From Desulfobacterales bacterium (GTDB taxonomy: Bacteria > Desulfobacterota > Desulfobacteria > Desulfobacterales > JAEINQ01), in NCBI GenBank assembly GCA_016342285.1, contig JAEINQ010000030.1, positions 4,490-68,489 on the forward strand: a stretch of 64,000 bases of DNA. Reading direction: 5' to 3'. Below, piece by piece: positions 40,228 through 50,087 of this stretch. The translations under genes were made by a program, and so were the position numbers. Within the stretch, counting starts at the first letter, position 1, and every line of letters begins with the position of its first letter. The notes under the pieces are model-generated. The model worked only from the letters and a program-made list of their open reading frames with translations, ran no database searches and was not told where the DNA came from.

Positions 40228-41190
40228 TTATTCGATCACTTTTTCCGCTGCACTGAGCAGTTCGAAGGGGAGTTCGACCCCCAGGGCCTGGGCGATACGG
40301 GTGTTGACGATGAGCTGGCCCATCTGGTTTTGGGCGATCTCGATGCTGGCCGGCGAGGTGCCGCCGAGGATTTTCACCGCCGCATCGGCAGCCCAGGCAC
40401 CCTGCTCGGAAGCCACTTTGCCGTAAGTGATCAAGGCATAGGAGGCCATGAAATCGTATGCGGCACCCGTGGGAATCTTGGTACTCGCTTCGACAAAGGA
40501 GACCATCTCCTGGGCCTTGTCCGCGTAGAGACCGCCATCGCTGTCGATGATCAGCATGTCCACTTTGGACTGCAGTTCCGTGAACCCCTTTTTCCAGTCT
40601 TCGAAATCCTTGGCATAATATGCGGTGACCTCCAGACCAAAGACGGTCTTGTAATTGGCGGCTTCTTTTTTGGCGGTCAGGAGGTCCGGTGCGAGAAAAC
40701 CGATCTTCGTGCCTTTGGCATAGGGCTTGAGCTGGTCGATGAGCTGGGGAATGGGGGTGACCTCCACCATGCCGGTGACATTCTTGCACGGAAAACCGTA
40801 AACGGTTGCATCCCAGTTCACGCCGCAGAAGACAAAGGGGAGGGCCGCATCCTTATAAAAAGGGGCGACCAGAAATTTGGAGGCATTGTCATCGGCGGCA
40901 ATGACCACGTCCGGTTTGAAGCTTTCGATCTCGGCCTTGGCTTTTTCGGCCGCGGCTTTCTTAAAATCGTCGCTGCCGTTTCGCTTGGTGTCCATGCGAA
41001 AGATCTTGAGCTCGGCACCGGTATCGGCCAGGACTTTTTGAATCCCGTCGGTAATGCCGTCGCTCCAGGCATACCCCTGGTGGTAGGAATCGATGAACAT
41101 CACCTTTTTCCCGCTGAGGGTGGCGGCCGACGCCGGGGCACAAAGCGCAATGACCAGGAAAGCAGAGATTAATGCAGACGTTTTTTTCAC
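40228..41190 (-). CDS. ABC_sub_bind-type periplasmic binding protein
   Basis: Signal peptide; DSYHQGYAWS, PFVFCGVN, NVTGMVE. Confidence 0.88.
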   Translation of the reverse strand: MKKTSALISAFLVIALCAPASAATLSGKKVMFIDSYHQGYAWSDGITDGIQKVLADTGAELKIFRMDTKRNGSDDFKKAAAEKAKAEIESFKPDVVIAADDNASKFLVAPFYKDAALPFVFCGVNWDATVYGFPCKNVTGMVEVTPIPQLIDQLKPYAKGTKIGFLAPDLLTAKKEAANYKTVFGLEVTAYYAKDFEDWKKGFTELQSKVDMLIIDSDGGLYADKAQEMVSFVEASTKIPTGAAYDFMASYALITYGKVASEQGAWAADAAVKILGGTSPASIEIAQNQMGQLIVNTRIAQALGVELPFELLSAAEKVIE

Positions 41191-41460
41191 GGGTGGGTCT
41201 CCTTTTTTTCTTTGATGGAATTTATAAAAAAATTGTGTCGAGGACGGGTCCTATAGGCGAACAGGCCAATTATCGGCATTTTTTCATGAAACTTGAGATT
41301 TATTTTAAGGTTCCTGATGGGTCGGGCTCCGGAACCGTGCACTGGGCAGAGTCGCTGAAAGTCGGGCGAACGGACCCGGCGGGTCAGGTACTCGGACCCG
41401 GGATGACAGCCATACTTTTTCTCATTAAAAGCATCGGGGATGCTATTCACCGAACCCACA

Positions 41461-41490
41461 TTGACACAACAACAGCCAGACCGTTATGAT
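41461..41490 (+). promoter_or_regulatory. Sigma70 promoter
   Basis: TTGACA, 18-nt spacer, TATGAT. Confidence 0.65.
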
Positions 41491-41498
41491 TCGCCTGT

Positions 41499-41594
41499 TG
41501 GGTGAAAACCGATGGGGTGAGATATTTTTCCGAACTGACCAATCAGACCGGCGTGGATCTGACGGAAACGGTGGGAAAGAACCTGGGAAAAAAG
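41499..41594 (+). pseudogene. Internally deleted duplicate of the MazG/YpjD gene at 36480
   Basis: Translates as WVKTDGVRYFSELTN|QTGVDLTETVGKNLGKK, versus WVKTYGVRYFSELTN...QTGVDLTDAVEKNLEKK in the intact gene. Confidence 0.85.
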
Positions 41595-41602
41595 GAGAGA
41601 AT

Positions 41603-42088
41603 ATGATTCAGCGCAAAGCGATCCTGTCGATTTTTATGGGGACGACCATGGCGCTGTTATTGATCGGCTGCTATCCGAAACCGGTCGGGTCCGTTGGGCC
41701 CGGCGGCAACCGGTTGACCTGGCCCGAGATGACCCTTGAGCAGCGAAAAGCCCATATGGGCGCGGTGGTTCTGCCCATTGCCGCCGACCTGTTTCGCACC
41801 TGGCGGCCCGACCGCTTTTCCCAGGTAAACTGCTCGCTGTGTCACGGACAGGGCGCGGCAACCGGCAAGTTTTCCATGCCCACCGATCACCTTCCCCGGC
41901 TCAGTGGAAATGTCCTCCTGGGACCCGAGTTTGAAAAACATCCGGATACCACGCGGCTGAAGCTCGACCGTCTGGTACCCGAAATGGCCGAGGCCCTCGG
42001 CCTGAAGGGTTTCAGTATCATCACGCGCCGGGGCTTTGGCTGCTACGCCTGCCACCTCGGACCCACCGGCCCCATGTTCGGACACTGA
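41603..42088 (+). CDS. Putative diheme c-type cytochrome lipoprotein
   Basis: Lipobox LLIGC; CSLCH and CYACH; AGGAG RBS. Confidence 0.8.
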   Translation: MIQRKAILSIFMGTTMALLLIGCYPKPVGSVGPGGNRLTWPEMTLEQRKAHMGAVVLPIAADLFRTWRPDRFSQVNCSLCHGQGAATGKFSMPTDHLPRLSGNVLLGPEFEKHPDTTRLKLDRLVPEMAEALGLKGFSIITRRGFGCYACHLGPTGPMFGH

Positions 42089-42130
42089 TCCCCGGTCGCG
42101 CTGGAAAAGTTCAGTTTAGGGGAAAAACGG

Positions 42131-43195
42131 TTACGCGCCCGTCTTATCGGCCGGATAACTGCCTAGAAACTTGATGGATATGGTCAGCTCCCCGAGCCGC
42201 CGGAGTACCGAGGCAATCTTTTCATCCTGGTCCGAACCTTCAAAATCGAGAAAAAAGCAGTAGTTTCCCGGATCCGAACGAATCGGCATGGAAGCGATGC
42301 GGGTCAGGTTGATCTGTGCCTCGGCAAACAGCTGAAGTACGCCGTAGAGCCGCCCGGCTTCATGGGTCGTGGAAAAAACAATGGAGGTTTTGCCGCCGGG
42401 GCCGGTATTGGGCTCGGTGGAGAGAAGCAAAAACCGCGTGGTGTTGGCCGGACCGTCCTCAATCCCCTCCTTGACGACTTCAAGATCGTAGAGGTCGGCG
42501 CACAGGGCACTGGCAATGGCCGCCGATGCCCGGGGATTTTCCCGGGCCAGCATCTTGGCCGCACCGGCCGTGTCATAAAAGGGGCGGGCCTCGATTTTGT
42601 TGCGTGCCAGAAACCCCCGGCATTGGGCCAGGGCCTGGGGATGGGAGTAGACCTGCCGGATCTCCCGGTAATCGGTGTCGCCAGCGGTCAAAAGGCAGTG
42701 TCTGACCGCCACTTTGGCCTCTCCGATGACGTTCAGGGAGGTTGTGGTGAGAAGATCGTTGACCTGGGTCACGGCCCCTTCCAACGAGTTTTCCACCGGC
42801 ACCACGCCAAAATCGAAATCGCCTTCTTCGACCCCGCGGAACACGTCCATGAACTCCATGCAGGGGATATAGGCCCCTTCGGGCGCCAGGCGGCGTGCGG
42901 CCACCTCACCGTAGGCGCCATGTTCGCCCTGGAAGGCAACCAACATTCGGTCCGCCTCCTGAAGCCGCCGGCTCTCTTCGATGATGGCCCCGAGCAGCCG
43001 CCGGGTAAAGGGACGCTCAACCAGATCCAGGTTCAGCCGCTCGATCCGCGCCAGCATATCGGCCTCCCGGTCCGGATCGGAGACGGTCTTTTTGAACTTT
43101 GTCGATCGCAACGCCAACCCCATCCGTTCCTGAAGCAGCACCAGCAGTTCCCGGTCAAGCCGATCGATTTTGCCGCGGATTTCATCCAGTTTCAT
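42131..43195 (-). CDS. pheA: Chorismate mutase / prephenate dehydratase (P-protein)
   Basis: N-terminal CM (IRGKIDRLD), PVENSLEG, SHPQALAQC, TRF, and an ACT domain. Confidence 0.95.
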   Translation of the reverse strand: MKLDEIRGKIDRLDRELLVLLQERMGLALRSTKFKKTVSDPDREADMLARIERLNLDLVERPFTRRLLGAIIEESRRLQEADRMLVAFQGEHGAYGEVAARRLAPEGAYIPCMEFMDVFRGVEEGDFDFGVVPVENSLEGAVTQVNDLLTTTSLNVIGEAKVAVRHCLLTAGDTDYREIRQVYSHPQALAQCRGFLARNKIEARPFYDTAGAAKMLARENPRASAAIASALCADLYDLEVVKEGIEDGPANTTRFLLLSTEPNTGPGGKTSIVFSTTHEAGRLYGVLQLFAEAQINLTRIASMPIRSDPGNYCFFLDFEGSDQDEKIASVLRRLGELTISIKFLGSYPADKTGA

Positions 43196-43229
43196 TGATC
43201 ACCTCGTTCATATTTGCCGCGAAGGCCTT

Positions 43230-44045
43230 TCAGGACGGCAGCGTGTCCATGAAAGCCCTCATGGGGCGCAACTGTTTCATGATAGCGGAAAACATCTCCG
43301 GGGTCAGGGCCTGATCAGCGTCGCAAAGGGCCTCGGCCGGGTTGCGATGGACCTCAATGATCAGCCCGTCCACACCGGCTGCCACCGAGGCCAGGCTCAT
43401 GGGCCCGATGAGGCTCAGCCGCCCGGTACTGTGGGTCGGATCCACGATGATGGGCAGGTGGGTCAATTCCCGGATTGCCGGAACAGCGCTCAGGTCCAGG
43501 GTGTTGCGGGTATAGGTCTCAAAGGTACGGATGCCCCGTTCGCAAAGGATCACGTCGGGGTTGCCCTCGCTGAGAATGTATTCAGCGCAGTTGAGCCATT
43601 CTTCCAGGGTGGAATACATGCCGCGCTTGAGTAGCACCGGCCGTCCGGCCCGGCCCACCTCCTTTAAAAGGGCGTAGTTCTGCATGTTGCGGGTACCGAT
43701 CTGAAGAACATCGGCGAACTCGGCCACCCAGGAGACGTCTCTGGGGTCGATCACTTCGGTGACAATGGGCAGCCCGGTCGCTTTTTTCGCTTTTTCAAGG
43801 ATTTTCAGTCCGGCCAGCCCCATGCCCTGAAAGGCATAGGGGGAGGTACGGGGTTTGAAGGCGCCACCGCGCAGCATATCGGCACCGGCGGCAGCCACCG
43901 CTTCCGCCGTTTCAATGGCCTGGGCCTCGCTTTCGACGCTGCACGGGCCGGCAATCACCACCAGGTCCCGGCCCACGGACACACCGCCCACCTGGACAAC
44001 GGTCCGGGGACGGGCGTCGCGGGCGGCCAGTTTGAGATTTTTCAT
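43230..44045 (-). CDS. aroF: DAHP synthase, type I-beta (short form)
   Basis: [36 protein letters not shown]. Confidence 0.95.
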   Translation of the reverse strand: MKNLKLAARDARPRTVVQVGGVSVGRDLVVIAGPCSVESEAQAIETAEAVAAAGADMLRGGAFKPRTSPYAFQGMGLAGLKILEKAKKATGLPIVTEVIDPRDVSWVAEFADVLQIGTRNMQNYALLKEVGRAGRPVLLKRGMYSTLEEWLNCAEYILSEGNPDVILCERGIRTFETYTRNTLDLSAVPAIRELTHLPIIVDPTHSTGRLSLIGPMSLASVAAGVDGLIIEVHRNPAEALCDADQALTPEMFSAIMKQLRPMRAFMDTLPS

Positions 44046-44427
44046 GAGTCATCCTTTTCCTGCTGCAAATCAAACCCCATCGGCCCCAGGCCGACGTGTC
44101 TGTTTAGTAAACCAAATCCGAACCGGACACAATGGGAAGATACCATCACCGTATCCGGACCCGGCGTCGCGTCAACCCTTCACCCGGCCCCTTGGGCAAT
44201 CGCCTTGCTCATCCTTGCGTATCGATCCGGACTGGTCTAATATGGTCCCATACCCGGGGAAAAGCCTGCCCTGTCATTACCGAACCAATCCGACATAGAC
44301 AAACCCGGACCAGAGTCAACGCTCGTGTTTCAGCAGATCGTGCCCATCGATAAGCGCCTAAATCAAGGTTGATGCGCTCGTAAAAAGCGTTTCCAATTCG
44401 AAATACGGAACTCGATCGGGGTCCCCC

Positions 44428-47352
44428 ATGAGACTGAAAATCATCGTCATCGCCTTGTCGTTGCTGACGGTCTTGTCAACGGCAGTGGGCCTCTTTTCTT
44501 TTTACGCCTCGTTGAAAGAGGCGGCCTTTGCCGAAGACCACATCGTTTCCGGCCAGCACCTTCATGACGTGGAAAACGCATTCTCCCTGTTGATCGAACA
44601 TTACAAGCGGATCGCTCAGACCATGGCCAGCCAGAAGGCCCTGGCGGCTGTGTTGGAAAACCCCGATACGACCCACATGTCAGCCGCGAACGGCATATTG
44701 GACCTTTTCAACACCCACATGGAGACCAGTGTCTGTTACCTCATGAACCGCCGCGGCACCACCGTGGCATCCAGCAACCGGGGATCGACGGAAAGCTTCG
44801 TTGAAAAGAACTACGCCTTCAGGCCGTATTTCAAGACAGCCATCACCGGAAAACCGGGCATTTACGCAGCCCTCGGCGTCACGTCGGGCAAACGCGGCAT
44901 CTACTTCAGCCATCCGGTGATCCAGCCCGGCGATGATACACCCATTGGCGTCGTGGCGGTCAAGCAGGACATTGAGATGCTGGAAAAACGGTTTATGAGC
45001 GTCCAGGACGCCGCTCAGAACAGGTTTCGACACATCACGATCATTACCGATCCAAATGGCATTATCTTCGCTTCCGACCGAAAGGCGCTTCTTTACCAAA
45101 GCCTGTGGCCATTTGAGGAAAAGGGCCGTAAGGGGTTGGCCGCATCCAAACAATTCGGCCAAGGACCGTGGCCATGGAGCGGGTTTCGAAAGATCGCCGC
45201 AGACCAGGCCGTCGATACGGATGGCACCCAATACCGGATCCACACCGATGCCATCGGACTGATGCCGGGCTGGCAAATCGTACACATGAGCGACCAGGCC
45301 GCCATATCGACCAGGGCACGCGCATCTTTCTTCCAGGCGGCCGGTTACGCACTGGTTGTGATTTTCATCATGATCGGGGCCGGCACGATCCTTCTCAACA
45401 GGCTGGCCGCCAAGGAAATCGCAAGGCGCAAAGTGACCTCAAAACAGCTTCGCGAATCCAAGGAACGCTACCAGCTCATCTTCGAAAACTCGCCACTGGG
45501 CATCCTGCATTATGATCAAAAAGGCGTCATCGTGGCCTGCAACGACTCCCTTGCAAAAATCATCGGTACACCCATAGAACGGCTCATCGGATTTCACATG
45601 CTCGCTTCCATGCCGCCGGGCGATGCTCGAGAGGCGGTTGCCAGCTCCCTGAAAATGAGTGAAAGCCGGTTCAGCGTGACCTACCGGACGGTTACCGGCA
45701 ACAAGGAAATCATCATTCGGGCCGTTCTCAAACGAATCGAAACCCAGGATGGGACGGTCATCGGCGGCATCGGCATTTTTGAGGACATTTCGGAGGCCGC
45801 CCGATCCCAGGCAGCCCTTGAATCCAATGAGGAACGCTTTCGCCAGATCTTCAACCACATGGGCACCTGCGTGGCCGTTTACGAAGGCGTCGACCATGGC
45901 AAAGACTTCATCTTCAAGGACATCAACCCTGCCGGCGCTACAGTCGGCAAATTGGACCGCGAGGCACACATCGGGAGAAGTGTTCAGGAGGTCTACCCGG
46001 GCGTTCACGAACTGGGGCTGTTCGAGGTTCTGAAACGGGTCTGGCAGACAGGCCAGGCAGAGCACCTGCCCCTGACCGTCTATCAGGACCAACGGATCGC
46101 CATCTGGATCGAAAACTACGTCTGCAAACTCCCCTCGGGAGAAATTATCGCCGTCTATGACGATATCACGGGCAAAAAACAGGCCGAAGAGGAAAACCGG
46201 CAGTTGACCAACCAGCTACGACAGTTGCAGAAGATCGAGGCCATCGGCGTTCTGGCCGGCGGCATCGCCCACGATTTCAACAACATTCTATTTCCCATCA
46301 TCGGCCTGACGGAAATGCTCATCGAAGATATACCCAAGGGCGGCCCGATCCAGAAGAGTCTACGCGAAATCCTCGCCGGTGCGGCCCGGGCACGGGATCT
46401 GGTCCGCCAGATTCTGGCCTTCAGCCGGCAGGCCGATCAGGAAGTCAAGCCGGTCCGGGTCCAGGACGTCCTTCGCGAAGTGCTCAGGCTTGTCCGCCCC
46501 TCCCTGCCGGCCACCATTGATATCCGCAGCCGCATCGATGACGCGTGCGGCCTGGTCATGGCCGACCCGACCCAGATCCATCAGGTGGCCTTGAACCTGA
46601 TCACCAACGCCTACCACGCCATGGCCGAGACCGGCGGCATGCTTGAAATCATTTTGGAACCCACGGCCCTGCACCTTTCGGACCTGGCCGACCCCGCCAT
46701 GGATTCCGGCGACTATGTCTGCCTGGCCGTTTCCGACACAGGTTACGGCATGAGCGGAGAAACCCTGGATAGAATCTTCGATCCGTATTTTACCACCAAG
46801 GACAAGGACAAAGGGACAGGCCTGGGTCTTTCGGTGGTCCATGGCATCGTGAAAAGCCACGGGGGAGACATCCAGGTAGAAAGCACATCGGGACAGGGAA
46901 GCATTTTTCGGGTTTATCTCCCGATCCGGGCATCATCCATACACGATAGCGAAAACGGTGAGATCGAAAAAACACCCGGGGGCGACGAGAGGATTCTGCT
47001 CATCGACGACGAACCGTCCATCGTAAAAATGATGCAACCCATGCTGGAACGGTTGGGTTACCGGGTGACCGCACGCACCAGCAGTATCGAGGCCCTGGAA
47101 GCCTTCAACGCCAACCCGGACCAGTTCGACCTGCTCCTAACCGACATGACCATGCCCCAGATGACCGGTCTTGAGCTGACAAAACGCGTGAAACAGATTC
47201 GGCCGAACATACGGACGGTCATCTGCTCCGGCTTCAGCGAATACATCAACGAGAAAAAGGCAAAAGAGATCGGCATTCATGGATTTGTCATGAAACCGGT
47301 GGTCAAAACCGACTTGGCAAAGGCCATTCGAAAGGCCCTGGACGCCTCTTGA
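44428..47352 (+). CDS. dCache (DctB-like)-PAS hybrid histidine kinase
   Basis: NYAFRPYF, ALGVTSGKRGIY; GIAHDFNN; TDMTMP. Confidence 0.95.
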   Translation: MRLKIIVIALSLLTVLSTAVGLFSFYASLKEAAFAEDHIVSGQHLHDVENAFSLLIEHYKRIAQTMASQKALAAVLENPDTTHMSAANGILDLFNTHMETSVCYLMNRRGTTVASSNRGSTESFVEKNYAFRPYFKTAITGKPGIYAALGVTSGKRGIYFSHPVIQPGDDTPIGVVAVKQDIEMLEKRFMSVQDAAQNRFRHITIITDPNGIIFASDRKALLYQSLWPFEEKGRKGLAASKQFGQGPWPWSGFRKIAADQAVDTDGTQYRIHTDAIGLMPGWQIVHMSDQAAISTRARASFFQAAGYALVVIFIMIGAGTILLNRLAAKEIARRKVTSKQLRESKERYQLIFENSPLGILHYDQKGVIVACNDSLAKIIGTPIERLIGFHMLASMPPGDAREAVASSLKMSESRFSVTYRTVTGNKEIIIRAVLKRIETQDGTVIGGIGIFEDISEAARSQAALESNEERFRQIFNHMGTCVAVYEGVDHGKDFIFKDINPAGATVGKLDREAHIGRSVQEVYPGVHELGLFEVLKRVWQTGQAEHLPLTVYQDQRIAIWIENYVCKLPSGEIIAVYDDITGKKQAEEENRQLTNQLRQLQKIEAIGVLAGGIAHDFNNILFPIIGLTEMLIEDIPKGGPIQKSLREILAGAARARDLVRQILAFSRQADQEVKPVRVQDVLREVLRLVRPSLPATIDIRSRIDDACGLVMADPTQIHQVALNLITNAYHAMAETGGMLEIILEPTALHLSDLADPAMDSGDYVCLAVSDTGYGMSGETLDRIFDPYFTTKDKDKGTGLGLSVVHGIVKSHGGDIQVESTSGQGSIFRVYLPIRASSIHDSENGEIEKTPGGDERILLIDDEPSIVKMMQPMLERLGYRVTARTSSIEALEAFNANPDQFDLLLTDMTMPQMTGLELTKRVKQIRPNIRTVICSGFSEYINEKKAKEIGIHGFVMKPVVKTDLAKAIRKALDAS

Positions 47353-47585
47353 ATCCCTGCCGTGAGGCTCCAGCCGCAAAGCGGGTGGCTTCACGTGAAA
47401 CTTTTCTCGCCGGCAGCAGAAAAACCTTTCCGGGTCCACCACTTGAAGGGGTGGCTTCAAACCGGCGCGATTCCCCTCCAACCCCGGGCGAGATTCCTTT
47501 GGTTTGAGCCTGGAAATTCATGCAAATTGTGATACGCTAAGTACTTGTAGGCGTAAATATTGTGACATTGACAAGGAATGCTTTA

Positions 47586-47750
47586 ACCACTGAGACACTG
47601 AGGTCACAGAGCTTTTTATCGTTTATCCCCGGCCGGGAGACGGCGGCCGGGGATAAGAAAGCCAGCAACAGTGTTCACTTTTCACAGATCGTCGTCTCCC
47701 GATCTGTGAAAAAAAAAGAAACCTCTCTGCGTTCTCTGTGACTCTGTGGT
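47586..47750. repeat. ACCAC/GTGGT element enclosing two hairpins with complementary loops
   Basis: Outer arms ACCACTGAGACACTGAGGTCACAGAG and CTCTGCGTTCTCTGTGACTCTGTGGT; inner loops GGAGACGG and TCGTCTCC. Confidence 0.85.
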
Positions 47751-47821
47751 GACCCAAATATATGTCATCGAATTTATGACAGTGTGTACTAAGCTCCACC
47801 TCGAAACGATCGGTTTTTTTA

Positions 47822-49288
47822 ATGGAAAAAAAGAAGATCCTCATCGTTGATGACAACCGCGCCATGCGTGCTTTTCTGAGCAGGCTGCTCGAAAAAGAGG
47901 GCCACGACGTATGGATGGCCCATGATGGTTACCATGCACTGAAATATGTCTTCCGTGAGCAGCCCGATATTATGTTCATCGACTTTTTTATGCCGAAAAT
48001 CGATGGCGGCCTGCTCTGTCAGATGGTCAGAAAAATGCCGCAAATGAAGAACAGCTATCTGGTCATCATCTCCGCGGCATTGGCGGAAATGGATTTTGAT
48101 TGTCAAAAAGTGGGAGCCGATGCCTGCATCGCCAAAGGACCATTCGGACAAATGAGCAAGCACGTTCTCGAATCGGTGCGGGAGGCGGGCACCTCCGGCA
48201 GGGAAAGTTGTCCGAAGCCGATCCTTGGACTGGATCCCTGCCAGGAGGCTTCGGTTCACCCGAGACAGATGACCAAAGAGCTTCTTTCCATGAAACGCCA
48301 CCTGGAAAGCGTTCTCGACAGTCTCCGGACCGGCGTCCTGGAACTCAACGCCAACATCATCGTTTATGCCAACGCATACGCCGAATCCATTTTCGGGATG
48401 AAAAAAGAAGACCTTATGGCACGGGATTTCGTGGAACTCTTCGACCCTAGGGAGCGAAACCGCATCAGGGCCTTGGCAAATGGCGAGGCAGGAAAATCTT
48501 CGGCCATTCCAACCGATGACCCGGTCTCCCTCCATGGCAGGCAGTTATCCATTGAAATGAATGCACGGAAAGCAGGCGGCGCCTCGGCCATCATTCAGAT
48601 CACCGACATCACCGATCAAAATGAGAGGGTTTTTGAGCGGTATCGCACCCAAAATGCCTTCGTGCTATCGGACCTGGCCCAACGAACCGCCCGGCTGCTG
48701 GAAGTCCAGATTGCCGGGATCGGACGGTCCTGTCAGAAATTGCTCGAGACCATCGATCGGAAAGGCCCGACGTTCAAACAAATTGAAGTGATCGATCAGC
48801 ATTCGCGGGAAATGGGTACCATCGGCAACCAGCTCTCCAGAATCGCCCACGCCGAAACGCTGACGAGAGCCCACGGCCCACTGCCGCTGGAAAAGGGCAC
48901 GGAAACGATCCTGCTCATCGATTGCAAAAAACTGCTCTGCCATGTCAACCGGCGCATGATCGAGGAACTCGGCTACAAGGCCCTGGTCGCCAAAACAGTG
49001 AAGTCAGCCTTGTTGAAATACGAGTCCCGGGCAAAAAAGAAATACAACAACATCGACCTGGTCATCGTCAACAACGAACCCTCGGAAATGGACACCGATG
49101 GCCTTGTTCAAGGGTTGAAACAGATCGACCCGGAGGTTAAAATTCTCTTTTCCGGAAACCCGCCCCCGTTCAAGGCATCAATCTGGCGCCCCCCGGGCCA
49201 ATCCTCAGGCGTGGTTGCAAGCCCTTTCGATGTCTACCAAGTCGCCGCTGAAATCAGGAAGGCGCTGCCCGGATCAAAACCCCAGTGA
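47822..49288 (+). CDS. REC-PAS protein with degenerate kinase linker and C-terminal pseudo-receiver
   Basis: Intact N-terminal REC (VDDN, IDFFMP); no His box or HATPase; C-terminal REC has IDCKK and VIVNN. Confidence 0.8.
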   Translation: MEKKKILIVDDNRAMRAFLSRLLEKEGHDVWMAHDGYHALKYVFREQPDIMFIDFFMPKIDGGLLCQMVRKMPQMKNSYLVIISAALAEMDFDCQKVGADACIAKGPFGQMSKHVLESVREAGTSGRESCPKPILGLDPCQEASVHPRQMTKELLSMKRHLESVLDSLRTGVLELNANIIVYANAYAESIFGMKKEDLMARDFVELFDPRERNRIRALANGEAGKSSAIPTDDPVSLHGRQLSIEMNARKAGGASAIIQITDITDQNERVFERYRTQNAFVLSDLAQRTARLLEVQIAGIGRSCQKLLETIDRKGPTFKQIEVIDQHSREMGTIGNQLSRIAHAETLTRAHGPLPLEKGTETILLIDCKKLLCHVNRRMIEELGYKALVAKTVKSALLKYESRAKKKYNNIDLVIVNNEPSEMDTDGLVQGLKQIDPEVKILFSGNPPPFKASIWRPPGQSSGVVASPFDVYQVAAEIRKALPGSKPQ

Positions 49289-49918
49289 AGCGTTGACGAG
49301 CACCACCGACATATCGGTGAGCATGGGCCGGCGGTGTAAAATAGTGGTGATGTTGCAGATGCGCTGGGGGACGTTGCAGTCGCTGCAGATGCCGGTCTTG
49401 GCGCAGGGGGTTTCCATGCTAAGGCTCCTGGCACGCATGGGGCCTGCCACCTGGCGCACCCTTGCCACAGCCGAAGCCAGGTCCTCCGTCACCTTGTTCA
49501 TGCCGGCAACAATGATCACTTTTTTCGGGCCAAAGGCCATGGCGCTGGTCCGGTTGCCGATACCATCCACATTGACAATTTCCCCAGTCATGGATATCCC
49601 GTTGGCACTGCACAGAAAGCAGTCGCAACGCCCCTGAGCCAAACGGATCGCCATGATCTGCTCTGGTGTCAGACCCGGCTGCCAGTGGTCGTGAACGGTT
49701 TCCCCCTGTCGCTTGAGTTCCTCTGCGATGCCCAGTGACCTCACCGTATCCGACCCGCCGATGCCGAAGGTCTCAAATCCTCTTGTCAGATCGGCGACGA
49801 CGTTTCCGGCAACCTTGCCGTCAGAACAGGCGTGGGCATCGAAACCGTGACGCTTCAAGTTCTCCACGCATTTTTCGGCGCGCTTTTCCATCAGCCATTG
49901 ACTGTAGTCCTTTTCCAT
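49274..49918 (-). CDS. LUD-domain (LutC/YkgG-like) protein
   Basis: GGSDTV, SANGISMTGEIVNVDGIGNR, GMNK, TPCAKTGICSDC. Confidence 0.88.
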   Translation of the reverse strand: MEKDYSQWLMEKRAEKCVENLKRHGFDAHACSDGKVAGNVVADLTRGFETFGIGGSDTVRSLGIAEELKRQGETVHDHWQPGLTPEQIMAIRLAQGRCDCFLCSANGISMTGEIVNVDGIGNRTSAMAFGPKKVIIVAGMNKVTEDLASAVARVRQVAGPMRARSLSMETPCAKTGICSDCNVPQRICNITTILHRRPMLTDMSVVLVNASLGF

Positions 49919-50053
49919 AGGCGTTCCTTCAAGTCATTTGTAAGGCATAAAAGCCCTTGCTCTCCGGATCGTTTCAGGGTTCAGGGGCTCAGCCATCAGA
50001 GGGTTGTGAATCCGTCGAACCGGGTTATGGTTATTGACGACAATTGGAACCCC

Positions 50054-50082
50054 CATCCCACATCCCACATCCCCCATCCCAC
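50054..50082. repeat. Heptamer tandem repeat (CATCCCA)n
   Basis: CATCCCACATCCCACATCCCCCATCCCAC. Confidence 0.7.
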
Positions 50083-50087
50083 CCCCC

